NCBI GenBank assembly: GCA_004431415.1
Contig: QPMI01000507.1
Span: 243,777-307,776, forward strand
Direction of reading: 5' to 3'
Source of the DNA: Cyanophora paradoxa CCMP329
Taxonomy: Eukaryota; Plantae; Glaucophyta
DNA: 64,000 bases
In this document: one piece after another, positions 52,982 through 64,000 of the stretch
Layout of the letters: each line of letters begins with the position of its first letter
Numbering within the stretch: position 1 is the stretch's first letter
Notes under the pieces: model-generated
Database searches by the model: none
Told to the model about the DNA's origin: nothing
Seen by the model: only the letters and a program-made list of their open reading frames with translations
Program-made: the position numbers and the translations under genes

Positions 52982-54362
52982 ATGTCGCGGATCGTTAGAA
53001 GGGGAGGAGATGAGGAAACGGAGACGACCATGTTACCTATCGCGGTTCCCGATTACGAAAAAGTCCCCCAAAAAATCACAAAACGCCAAGCAAAATCAAA
53101 TTTATTAGGAGATGTTCCTTTTAGCATTGCTAACCCGTCCTCTAAGATCGTGCGACGCATGTATGACCCGAAGACAGGTTTTAAGAACCCATCGGCATTG
53201 TACGAAGAGCTGAGAAAAGAGGACAAGAGCCTCACATTGAAAGAAGTGCAAGATGTCGCAGCGAAACAAGAATTTATGCAGATCAACAAGAAGCCCCCCG
53301 CACCGACCCAAACCGCTTTTATTCCCATCACAGCCCCGCCGTGGTGCTACCAAGCAGATCTCATCTTTTATCTCTCATATGGCAATTATAATTCCGGCTA
53401 CATTGCAGTCCTTACTCTCATCGAGATGACAAGCCGAAAAGCATATGCCAAGAAGTTAAAGAATAAGGAGGGCGCAAGTGTTGCCGCCGCTTTTGCGGAG
53501 ATGCTCACAGAGCTCCCGGCTCCGATGATTCGATTGGAGACAGATAACGGTTCGGAATTCATCGCGAAGGAGTTTCAGGAGGTCGTAAAAAATAATGGAA
53601 TAGAGCACCGCTTTAAACAGGTCGGAGATCACACTTCGCTGGGAATTATGAATCGCTTTCATTTGACCCTAAAAACGATGATAAACAATTACTGTGTCGC
53701 CTATAATACAGTGCGGTTTATGGATAAATTGGACGACTTCGTTTTCAATTACAATAACACCATTCACAGAACCATAGGAATGAAACCCGCAGATGTTAGG
53801 CTTTCTGATATGGAGCGGATCCGAGCGGCTATTATTCAAGGAAGAACACAATCGTAAAGGATATATTCAGCGACTTTAAGCCGGGTCTCCACGTCCGTGT
53901 ATTATTGCCGAGATCAAAGTTTGATAAAGGAGCAACACAAAGGTATAGCCGAGAGGTCTACAAAATTGCGGGAAGGAGAGGAAACGCGATAGAGGTGCAA
54001 GATGCAGCGGGGAACGTAATGCCGAAGCTTTTTAAGCCGCACGAATTGCAGATCATTACAGAGGTCGAGGCTGTGGTGGAGCCATCAGGCAACGCAATCA
54101 AAGCAGCCGAAATAGAAGCCTCCTCTATCCGGCAGGTTCAAAAAGAAGGTATAGATGTCGCCACAAGTGTTCCGAAAGGGCTTTATTGGAAGATCGCGCA
54201 GAAAAGACAAAGAGGGCGCTGAGGGAGCTCGCTAAATTAACGATCGCGGGAACTGAGAAGCTCTCTGAGGTAAACAGTCAGCGGTGGTATAAATCATTCA
54301 AGAATCAGAGCGCAAGCTACACAGCCCCTACTACGCGCATTCTTCGGTCTTCTCGTTCATAA
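52982..54362 (+). CDS. rve-type integrase (frameshifts near 53838 and 54180)
   Basis: Colinear with 21747-23129. Confidence 0.85.
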
Positions 54363-54401
54363 CAAACCCCGAAATTATTTTCTCCGGTAAATATAAAAGA
54401 G

Positions 54402-54716
54402 ATGGAGGGTGAAAAGCATTTCGTGGATATTCCGTTTGATAAAAAAGACGTTGCGAAATCCCTCGGTGGAAAGTGGGATCGTGAGAATTCATGCTGGTAT
54501 GTCACGAAAAAAGATCACTCTCTATGCTCTCAGTTCAAGACTCTAAGCTATGAGCAAGTGTATCAAAGAAACTTGAAGGTTTACCTCGATATTCCTTATG
54601 AATTTAAGGATCAAGCGAAGGCTGAGAAAGCCCGCTGGGATCCCGTTATGCGATGCTGGTATGTCATGGGTCTCGATCACCCGCTAATGGGCAAGTTTCC
54701 GATCAAGGAGCATTAA
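54402..54716 (+). CDS. Tandem DUF5710-like protein
   Basis: Copy of 23169-23483. Confidence 0.75.
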   Translation: MEGEKHFVDIPFDKKDVAKSLGGKWDRENSCWYVTKKDHSLCSQFKTLSYEQVYQRNLKVYLDIPYEFKDQAKAEKARWDPVMRCWYVMGLDHPLMGKFPIKEH

Positions 54717-54741
54717 ATATATCTGTCGTTTTTTTCATTTT

Positions 54742-55131
54742 TTATGAAATGGGAACCTTTGCTCGACCTGTAAGTCCCACTTTCGCACTTTCAGCCTTTC
54801 CTGTATGAGATCGTTAATGTCCTGTGCTATACCCATTGTCTTCGCTTCGGCATTTGAGCCGCATGTAAAGATATCGATCGCTAATAGCCCTGGTCGCTAT
54901 AAGAGTGAGCTGTGGCATGCGACTCATCTAATAGAAAGCCAATCGCGAAACCGGGAGGGGAATTAGAGCCATCGAAAATGCATGTGTGCTGGTGCACGAT
55001 GCGCATATTGCGATCTGTGATATATTGCGATAGGTTCGCTGTGATCCACTCGGCGCATGCCTCCGGGGACTCGTTGAACGGGTCGGTTATATAGTCGAGC
55101 ATAACGTGATAGCCGCGGTATTGGAATCCAT
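54742..55131 (-). CDS. speD: AdoMet decarboxylase family proenzyme (frameshifted as given)
   Basis: Copy of 23509-23900. LLDESHATAHSY retained. Confidence 0.75.
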
Positions 55132-55197
55132 TATTATTTAAGTCGATATTTTTACCCTGTTCATTTTATCATTTTTCATAGATCATGCATGTTGTTC

Positions 55198-56123
55198 GCA
55201 TGTATCTTGCATAGTGGGCGGGGCGCGAGTTTATTTTAACGTGGTCTATCGTCGTACTTTGTCGTAAATATGCTAATCGTACATTTCGATTCGTACATTT
55301 CGATTGAAGTCGCAAGTTTGTGCAGGTGGGCATTTTCGGCATGCTTGCTCATGCACAAACTTGCTTTAAAAAATATTAATCTCATTTTAAAAATCATAAA
55401 TTAGCTCGTCCGAGTCTCACTTAACACTGTCGCATTTATAGTAGAGACCATCCTTCGTACTTTGCTTTTTATTATACTCGCTTGCAGGCTTCTCAATCTT
55501 GCAATCCGGGCATATCTTCGATTGTACTTCGATTTTCGGACGCGTTTTTAAGACATTGTGATAGTGATCATTTTGATAGTCACGGTGGCACTCTATGCAT
55601 CTCCAATATAATGTTATATTTCCCGACTTGCACTTGCGCAAAGGGAACCACGATGCAGGCTTGACCTCTTTGCACACATTGCACAGTTTACTTTTAGGTA
55701 AGGGGAGCTGATTACCCGGCATCTTTATACTTGTATAGTGGGAAATCTTTAAGTGGGGATATACGCACTATATAAGTTAATTTAACCTATCGGTGGGGCT
55801 CACCTTGATTTTTCAAATTGGACTACTGAAAACAGTTCGACAAGGATCAGGAACATTACGCAAAAAATAGGGTCTTACTGTCCTTACTGAGAGATCGGGG
55901 GAAAGTTAAAGGGCTTACTGGGAATGGTAAGGAATTAGAAAAATGAAGAATGAAAGGGTTTCGTGATTGGTTTCAGTAAGGAAGGGTTAGATGTTTGAAA
56001 AATACAATGTGGCTCAGTGCGAATTTGTGATTTTGTGACTGAGATTCGTGATGCTGAAAATGTGCTTATTGAAAATGGTCGCGGGAAGGTCGCGTAATTG
56101 GTGGGGGCCACCCCCATGCGAGC
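55198..56123. repeat. Right TIR of B2
   Basis: Reverse complement of 31302-32225. Confidence 0.93.
55400..55722 (-). CDS. TIR-encoded zinc-finger protein (second copy; indel near the 3' end)
   Basis: Inverted copy of 31700-32023. Confidence 0.7.
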
Positions 56124-58025
56124 ATTGGGCAAACTGGAAAGCAACGAAATAGCAGAGTGAAAACCACCATTTTCCACAACAGAGACGATGCGATCGAGTT
56201 CCAGAAACAGAACGGAGGGGAGGTTAAAATTTACCTCTTTGGTGAGACTCTTGCCACTTATGAGGAGACAGAGTTCGTTCTGTGTGAGGAAGAGATGACC
56301 GAACCCATATCTACTATGTCAATCAGGTAGCAGAAAAGCAGCTCATTGATGGCTTCATGCCATTGTACACTACCCTCTTGTCAATTATGAGGATGTGTAT
56401 GTATGAGAAGTGTGTCGAACTCGCTAAACAGCAGATCCGACCACTCGCTTTGAACACCGATTGTGTTTATGGGATCGCTTATGAACCCATTGCCCCAGTG
56501 TCATTCGATCGCAATGCCTTTGAGAATATTGGAAAATTCAGTGTGAAATGCTGCCCCAATTTTTCTAAAAAGTTTTCAGGTGAGAAGAAAGACCTCGAGG
56601 CAAAACGAATTCGTTACGGAAAGTTTGAGAGAGCGACTGACTTTGTGAAAATCGAGAACTACAGTTATACCAAACACTCTGTGGTTGATGAGTATGACAC
56701 AACCGCGATTTGTGATTTGCTGGCTACACAAAAACGATGGGTTCTTCTCGGATCAGTTCCAGGAGTTGAAAGACTCACATGACAGTTGAATATGGGAAGC
56801 GTTTCAAAAATCCCCTCTATATTGTTCCGACAACAAGCGAGTGAAGGAAATGAAAGAGCAAGGATTGAAAAATGTGAAGACAATCTATGATGCCCTTCAT
56901 CTCAAAATCGATGAGTCGAACATGGATGAAATCGTAGGAGGGAATGCATCTGGTTTGGTAGAATTTGATTGCATTGTTATTGATGAGATCTGTCAGTTTA
57001 AGATTGGAGAACTGGCAGCCCTGGACCACATCATGAATGAGCAGTTCCCAGATAAGGTATACATTGCCACAGGTGACCCGTATCAGAACCCACCCATTCA
57101 GGATATGAGTGTTGATCAAGATGAGTATTACCTTGATATCCTCCATCGCCTGTTCCCCAACGAATTGTTACTCCAAGTGAACAAGCGCCATGAGACTGAG
57201 GAAGATCGCAGAAGGTTGAGCAAATTCGAATTGATTTATTCGAGAAAGGTTTGAGTGTAAGTGAGGTCCTAGCAAAGTACGGGTCAAGGTTGTGGACGAA
57301 TTGGCAAAGACAGATAAAGGCATTGTGTATACAAACCGCAAGGGTGCAGAGGTGAACCTAGCCCTTCACAAAATGAACTACGGGATAATGTTTCCATTTA
57401 TGCTGGCGGGATCAAAGTTGTTGCAAAGACTCGTATTGCAAAGGGTGGGAAGATAGTTCATAATGGATTTGTCTACAAGATTGTCAAGCTCTCAAAGGAC
57501 AGTTTCATTATTGCTGACATTGCCAACAAGAAGGATGAGATTGTTCTCAGCAGGGATGCAGTCAAACATTTCGCCCTGGCTTACGCAAACACCTGCCATG
57601 TTGTTCAAGGTGATACGATTCGCTGCAAAGGGAACAGGGTAGTCGTGTTCGAAACTGGGGCGCCATTTGTTTCAAAGAAGTGGCTATATGTTGCTCTCAC
57701 TCGAACCACAAGGCTGGATGATGTTGTTATTTACCATGATAATTTCGAAATGGCTCACTGGAAAGTGTGGAAAAGAGAGAATAACGAGAAGATTTCGACT
57801 TACAAGGATCAGGACCGAGCAGCAAACAGACAATTCGATGAGCATGATTACATCACATGGATTGGATCAAGCAGCGATATGGGAAGCAGTATGGGCATTG
57901 CCTGCGATGCTACAATGCCATGGACTTTGAAGATATTTCGGTAGATCGAATTAATAATGCTGTGGCTCACATTACCAAAAAATTGTTTCCTCTCTCATAT
58001 TAAGTGTAACTGTGCCGCCCAATAA
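56124..58025 (+). pseudogene. 3' half of A2 PolB-helicase (many frameshifts)
   Basis: Resumes IGQTGKQRNSRVKTTIFHNRDDAIEF. Contains NTDC, IDEIC, ATGDPYQNPPIQ, TCHVVQGDT, YVALTRT and CNCAAQ stop. Confidence 0.85.
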
Positions 58026-59082
58026 TGGATAGTGTATTATCATTCAAAAAGTATAGGCAGAAACTGATTAATGAAAAAGTGAGTTTGATGAAAAAGAGTT
58101 GAAAAAGAAGTTCAAAAACTCAGAACTCCAGCAAATTTACAAGAAACCAAGGAAACCCAAATCGTTTCTTCGCATAGTGGCAAAGCCTAGATCGTTTCAA
58201 ATCGATATAACATATTTCAGAGGGTTTCAGACTGCCAACAATGGCATTTTCAAAATGCTTAGTTTCGTAGACATACTTAGTCGCAAAGGATTTGTTTATC
58301 CTTTTAAAAACAGCAGTGAGATCCGAGCATTTTAAATAGGTTCAAGCAAGAAGCAGGCAAAGTTAATGCTCTCTCTGGGGATAATGAGTTTTCCCAGGCA
58401 GTATACCGAATTGGTGCAGTGAACATGGTGTAATGCTATACACAGATGTGGCAAAGGATGACCACATCACAGTAGGAGATAAACTGGGGATAATTGATGG
58501 TTCACTAGGACTTTCAAACAGTATCTCAGAAAATCGATGACAGCAAAGGGAACCACGAAATGGATCGATCTACTTAGTGATGTAATTGACTTGTATAATA
58601 GCAGTCCCCATTCTGCATTGAAAATGACTCTCCAAATGCAGTGTATACAAAATGAAGATAAACAGTTATTTATTTACATGAGGGATACTGTTCACAACAA
58701 TCGTGTAAAGGAGGCTGATACTAATCAAGTGAAACCAGGAGACACAGTTTCGAGTTTTGCAACAAAGGGATTGTTTGAAAAAGAAGGTGCGCAATTCAGT
58801 CAGAAGGTCTACACTGTTGCAAAGGCTGATAGGAATCGTTTCAAAGTGCTTGAAGATAATGATGGTGAGGAAACAAAAAGAAGTGAAGAGGAGATTTAAG
58901 AAACAAGAATTGCAAAAGGTGAATAAAGATGATATCATTAAGATACCATCAAAAAACGGATTCAGCAGGTTAATAAAACGAATAAAGTGAATCGATTGGT
59001 AGCAAAAGAAGGCATAAAACCCAATCGGAGTAATGTAATTCGGAGGAGATACAATTTGAGAAGTGGTTTAACGAAACGCTAA
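58025..59082 (+). pseudogene. A2 integrase (many frameshifts, probably partly sequencing error)
   Basis: SFQID, VDILSRKGF, GDNEF and YNSSPHS. Ends RSGLTKR like A1. Confidence 0.8.
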
Positions 59083-59471
59083 ATCATGGGAGACACGGCG
59101 GATGAAAAGGATATAACTTCGATTAAATATAATTAATCGAGATTATGATATAACTTCGATAAATAAGAATTTAAGATATAACTTCGATTAATTCGATTTT
59201 TGTTACTGAGGCTTACTGAGATTTAGTGAGATTTGGAATTGGGTTACTGTGAATGGTTTGTTTTTCTGGGAATTGTTTTGGAGACACGTCGCATAAAAAG
59301 ATATAACTTCGATAAGATATAATTAATCGAGATTATGATATAACTTCGATTAATTCAATGTTTCTTACTGAGGCTTACTGAGATTTACTGATATTCAAGA
59401 TTGGGTTACTGGAATGGTTTGTTTTCTGATTTGTTTTTGATTTTTTCGCGGGTATTTTTTTGGAGACACGC
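59083..59471. repeat. Terminal repeat block of A2 (~190-bp unit twice)
   Basis: GGAGACACG three times. ATAACTTCGAT at 59113, 59150, 59178, 59303 and 59340. TTACTGAG runs as in A1. Confidence 0.8.
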
Positions 59472-59493
59472 CTGTGACGCCTGTGACGCCTTT

Positions 59494-59614
59494 TTAATTG
59501 AGTGTGACGCCTGTGACGCCTGTGACGCCTACTTTCAAACTTTTTAAAATTTCAAAAATCTACAAACCTCTGAAAACAGGTGTCACAGGCGTCACAGGCG
59601 TCACACCCAATTAA
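59494..59614. repeat. 37-bp inverted repeat built from GTGACGCCT 9-mers
   Basis: 59494-59530 pairs with 59578-59614 (2 mismatches) around a 47-bp AT-rich spacer. Confidence 0.9.
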
Positions 59615-59756
59615 CCACAGACTCCCCCTGTGGGTCGATGACTTTTTCGATTCTTTATCGGACAATATAAAAACGTATCGTAAATCGGTGTGTTTTGACA
59701 AAAATTGACTGGCGATTTAAGGGATCATTGCGTTTTCCCTTTGACTTTGACAGAAC

Positions 59757-59947
59757 ATGGATTATTTCGACGAAATTCAGCGCAGCTGGTCGAAAAGAAT
59801 GATATTGCAGAGGTAGCGGAATATATTGCAAAGATCAGAGCCAGTAATGGTAGACCATATCAAAAGAAGCGATTCCATGCAAGCAGACTTGACACAGTAA
59901 ATGTATATGTCCCCAAAGGCACGAATGTGCGAATCATTAGAACCTGA
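59757..59947 (+). CDS. Small hypothetical protein (probable frameshift)
   Basis: ATG at 59757 follows AAAATTGA at 59701. Joins the 59705-59947 frame with one indel. Confidence 0.35.
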
Positions 59948-60003
59948 AAAATGCCGAAATGCGTTCAAATTGCCCAAAATAATATGTTCCCTTAAAGTAA
60001 AAG

Positions 60004-63000
60004 ATGCCCCGCCAATCCAATAGAATCATCAAAGAGAAGAAAAACGAAATACTCGTCTTTTAGGAACCTTTTAGTCACTGGTGATATTACAGAATTTGAA
60101 TATGATCGCCAGGCAGCAATCTTGGATAGGAGACCAAGATTATCTCAACTCACAGAAATGACAAATCGCCTCTATGATCGTTTTGAGAAAATGGAGGAAT
60201 TCAGGATGAAGGTTTAAGGTTGGGAACAATTGAACCCGAGATTGAGGATGGGGAAAGCAATGAACAAAGCATATTCTTGGTTAACCTATCGAGCAAGAGG
60301 TGAGGTTATCCAAGATGGGATTGAATTCTTGGAGAGAATTGCACCCAATCTACCACAGAGACTGAGACAGAAACTCCAAGACCTGAGAGCAATTAAAACT
60401 CGTCTCACATTCATCTGTAAATTCACCAAAGTGAGTGATCCAAGGGTGTGGATCACCAAATTCATTTACAGTGATTACTTTGTCATCACAAGATCACGAA
60501 ATATTGATGTTGAACTGCGAAATGCCCTTCAATCTATGCAGGAGCAGATGATGCAGGTGGACAGTTACAGACTGGATCGCATTGAGATGCTGAGAGTGGT
60601 AATAATGTCTTATGCCTCCTGTGGGTGGTTGCTTCTTCTCAACTCCTGAGTGGATTGGATCAAAGAGAGCAACTGTGAATGTCAAGAATATTGATGGTCA
60701 AGATTGCTTCAAGTATGCAATCTTGGCTTACCTGCACCGAAATGATATTAATAAACACAAGAGCAATGAACCCAGCCAGTATAGAAGATGGTTAAACGAA
60801 CTCAATTTCGAAGCATCCAGTTTCCAGTTGCCTGTGATGCAGAGGTTATGATCGATTGAGGAGCAGAACCTGAACTGAGTATCAACATTTATGGTGCAGA
60901 TAATCAAGCACAGTGTTTCTATCCTCTCCATCAATCCAGCAACCCGAGGAGAAAGACCAAGATCAACCTTTTATTAATCGAAAACGAAGAGGATGATAGA
61001 GGCATTATATCACCATCATGTCTCTGAGTAGACTCCTGAAAACCACCTTTGATAAAGCCCATGATGTCGCATTTATTACTGTGAGACCTGCCTGTCTCGT
61101 TTCAGAACTCAGGAGAAGCTGGACATTCACTTAGAAGCAATCGCTGCATTGATTGGAGGGAGAGCAAAGTAAATGCCCGAAATCTGGAAGTCAAATTGCA
61201 TTTGGCTTCAACACCTTCGCAAAACTGTGTGGCTTCCCACTATCTGCTATGTAAAAATGGATAGTCACTCGGTTCCAATTGATGAGAACCGCAGTAAAAA
61301 GAGAGGTTAAAATCGGTTTCTCTAACAGTTGTGATGGGGGATGAGGTGATCTCTCATCATTTCGAGGGATCAGATCCACTTGGTGCCTGTTTACCACTCT
61401 CACAGAGATCAGACCCCAAGTAATCCGCACTCTATTCACCAATATTCCAATGCACCCACTCACAGAAAGCAGAAAGCACAATACAAGATCACTAACACTG
61501 TTATATCTGTGCCGAACGATTTACCCATGAGAATTTCCCAGTGAGAGACCATTGTCATCAATCAGGAGCATTTATTGGAAAGCATGCCGAAACTGCAACC
61601 TCCACAGAAGAATCTCAAAGCAAACCAAGGTAGCAATTGTGGTGGATCACATGGATGAATGTGGACACGAAATATTCCGCAAAATTGCACAGCAAGATGA
61701 TAAACTTCGTGTTGAGATTCTGAGCAAGAATTTCGACCAATACCTCTCCCTGCAATGGGGCATGTGGAAATTCATTGATGCTTCGCATTTCATGGACTTC
61801 CAGGCAGTGGATGCAAGTGATCTAATGGGTAAATTCCAGACTTTCCGAGAATTGGCGTTCTCACAATATGGATTGGATCCTGCTCATTATGTTCGGCTCC
61901 TGGATTATCCTGGGATGCAATGCTAATTTATACCAGAGCAAAGATTGAGCAGATCAGTGATGTAGGGCAATACGAATTTATTGAGAGGGCAATTCGAGGT
62001 GGTTTGCTACAATGCCTACTCGATATGCAAAGGTGGAAAACCCAGATGACCATATAGTTCTCTTGGATGCAAATAATCTGTATGGTTATGCTCTCAGTCA
62101 AGAACTGCCCATTGGCGATTTTCGATGGGAAGATGTCTCAGAGGCACTTAAAGAGACCCCAGGACGAAGTGCCTTCATTGAAGTTGACCTGGAATACCCA
62201 CAAACTCTCACAGATCATTACGATTTTCCACTTGTAGTGAATAAAGAGCATGTCACCACCGAAATGCTGGGTGGGTATCAAAGAAAGTTACTGGATATCA
62301 CAGGTGAGAAGATAAGCAAAGACCCCAAACTCACAGCAACATTCTCACCCAAAAACAACTATGTGATTTCCCAACCTCTCTTGGTCTATCTTGTGAGCAA
62401 AGGTATTATAATCACGAAGGTTCACAGGGTTCTCTCATTTGCAACCTCTGCATTTATGAATAGTTATATTGATCTAAATACGAAATTGAGGCGCCAATCT
62501 ATGTCCAGATTCGAGAGTGACTTCTTTAAATTAATGAACAATGCAATCTATGGTAAATGCCTCGAATCATGCAGGGGTCGCTCTGTGGTAAAGATTGCAA
62601 ACAGTGAGAAACTCTGCAAGAAATATGCTGCAAGTCCACTCATCAAGGCAACCAATGTATTAAACGAAAATGCTGTTGCCTTTGAGATGTATTCCAAGCA
62701 TGTTCACTTAGATAAACCTGTTGCAATTGGTGCTTTCGTGCTGGATTTTGCGAAACTCCATAATAGCAGGTTCTTTTTTGATGTGGTGAGGAGAACTTGG
62801 GAAACAGCAGAGCTACTATTCCATGATACAGATTCTTTCTGCCTACTGCTGCATACCAATGATCTAAATAATGAGATGAAGCGAATTTCTGAACACCTGG
62901 ATTGCAGTAATTATGATCCCTCCCACCCTCTCTTTGATAGGAGCAATCGTTTGATTCCAGGTAAATATAAAAACGAGTTTTCCCAATGCAAAGATTGTGG

Positions 63001-63248
63001 AGTATGTAGGTCTGAGATCGAAACTCTATGCTTTCAGAACTGAGACCTTGATAAAATAAAGATGTCTTTCACTTTGATGATTTCAAAAGATGCCTGTTTG
63101 AAGGCATCACCAAAACAGTAGCAGTAGTAAACAAGCGAAGGCAAGACCACAACCTATATGATTTGAGAGCAGAAGGTGGCTCAAACCAACTCGATAGCAA
63201 AAGGAAGATATTAGACGATGGAATCACAGCATTCCATTTGGGCTCTAA
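60004..63248 (+). pseudogene. polB: Polinton-type protein-primed family B DNA polymerase (heavily frameshifted as given)
   Basis: VNVKNIDGQDCFKYAIL, CETC..H Zn finger, CYIC..VRDHCH (EndoVII-like), YGLDPAHY, AIRGG, DANNLYG, KLMNNAIYGK, HDTDSF, PGKYKNE and DSKRKILDDG. Confidence 0.85.
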
Positions 63249-63430
63249 CTACTTCATTGATCTTTCTTTTTCTTTGGTTTCGCTCTCCAAGAAGTAACAA
63301 ACCGCGAATTAAATGCAGCAGCCATATACATCTTAATCCTGGATCATTGGGCTCAATTGCAAAGTAGTTTGGAATTGTGTTCTCCTTCCACACAGACTCT
63401 TGCATTTTTTATATGAGAGATAAGGTAAAG

Positions 63431-64000
63431 ATGCCTTCTACACAAATAGGATTGAGACAACCACCAAGAATTGTGAGAAAAGAGGCAATTGAAGATCGAG
63501 GGAATATCCTGCCCATCACAGTTCCAGTGGAGGAGAAGAGCAGTCGAATATTAAAAAGATCAGAGATGGTCAAGCAATTAATCCCAGAGACACTCCCAGC
63601 TGAGACAGCACCAAAAGAGCAAAGATTGCTAAGAAGTTCTATGATCCCAGGACAGGCTACAAGGGATTTACTGCAATGAGACAGGAACTACCAGAGGAGA
63701 ACTACAAGAAGATGAGAGAATGGTTGATAAGCGGAGGTTGTCCAAATTAATGCACCCACCCTATCTCGAAAGAGAGATCCCATGATTCCAATTAGGCAAC
63801 CCCTTTGATACCTATGTGATTGATCTGCTCTTCTTTCCTGCATACAAAAGCAGAATGATGGTTATGATACATTTATGAGTGCAATGAGTCAACCCTGAGA
63901 ACAGGGTTCATTATTCCAATGAGAGCAAAAGTGCTCTTACTACACTTGCAGCATTCAAGCAACTTGAACGAGAGTCCCCAGACCTATTTTCGCATTCAGA
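63431..64000 (+). pseudogene. 5' part of rve integrase (family C), frameshifted, runs off the window
   Basis: RIVRK..ILPITVP, FYDPRTGY and TYVIDLLFF parallel B integrase RIVRR..ILPIAVP, MYDPKTGF and CYQADLIF. Confidence 0.65.

Larger units (their letters stand above)
31302..56123 (+). mobile_element. Complete family B PLV (B2), 24,822 bp
   Basis: TIRs at both ends. ATTGGG duplicated at 31296-31301 and 56124-56129. Full capsid, ATPase, Pol-helicase and integrase set. Confidence 0.93.
26214..59471 (+). mobile_element. Family A PLV copy A2 (own sequence 26214-31301 and 56124-59471; interrupted by B1 and B2)
   Basis: The Pol-helicase frame resumes across B2. Contains MCP N-terminus, penton, integrase and a terminal repeat block like A1. 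Confidence 0.85.
59472..64000 (+). mobile_element. Family C Polinton/PLV-like element (partial)
   Basis: Canonical pPolB followed by a B-like integrase. DNA shows no obvious match to A or B. Confidence 0.7.

Noticed and set aside
6572-56123. B1 and B2 as an assembly duplication
   Set aside because: They differ by many synonymous substitutions, distinct cassettes, TIR variants and different insertion sites.
56130-64000. Dense frameshifts as programmed frameshifting or age-related decay
   Set aside because: Most are single-base indels, often in homopolymers. The same element A2 has about 2 in 26214-31301 but many after 56130, and 1-500 is also indel-rich. Density follows window position, which fits read error. 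True decay is not fully excluded.
1-64000. Bacteriophage or prophage, or a reassigned genetic code
   Set aside because: S74, Dam and HNH-AP2 are phage-like, but the A32 ATPase, jelly-roll-type capsids, rve integrase, TIRs and TSD indicate PLVs. Long ORFs read cleanly in the standard code. No tRNA or rRNA was recognised.

Overview
The window holds no recognisable cellular genes. It is a nested stack of Polinton-like virus (PLV)/Maverick-type elements from three families. Family B has one complete 24,822-bp copy (B2, 31302-56123) with ~925-bp terminal inverted repeats (TIRs) and a 6-bp target-site duplication (TSD, ATTGGG). A second copy (B1, 6572-26213) lacks its left part in this window. B encodes a major capsid protein (MCP), two penton-like proteins, an A32-type ATPase, a PolB-SF1 helicase-HNH fusion, an rve integrase, fibre proteins, a patatin-discoidin fusion, an AdoMet decarboxylase, and copy-specific cassettes (HNH-AP2 endonuclease, RING protein, adenine MTase). 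Family A has two partial copies: A1 (1-6571) and A2 (26214-59471). A2 is cut by B1 in its MCP gene and split by B2 in its Pol-helicase gene. Family C (59472-64000) has a canonical protein-primed PolB and an integrase. The inferred nesting is C > A2 > B1 > A1, plus A2 > B2; only the B2 insertion has both ends visible. Many single-base frameshifts, mostly in homopolymers and near the window ends, look like long-read errors. Family assignments come from motif recognition by eye, not from database searches.
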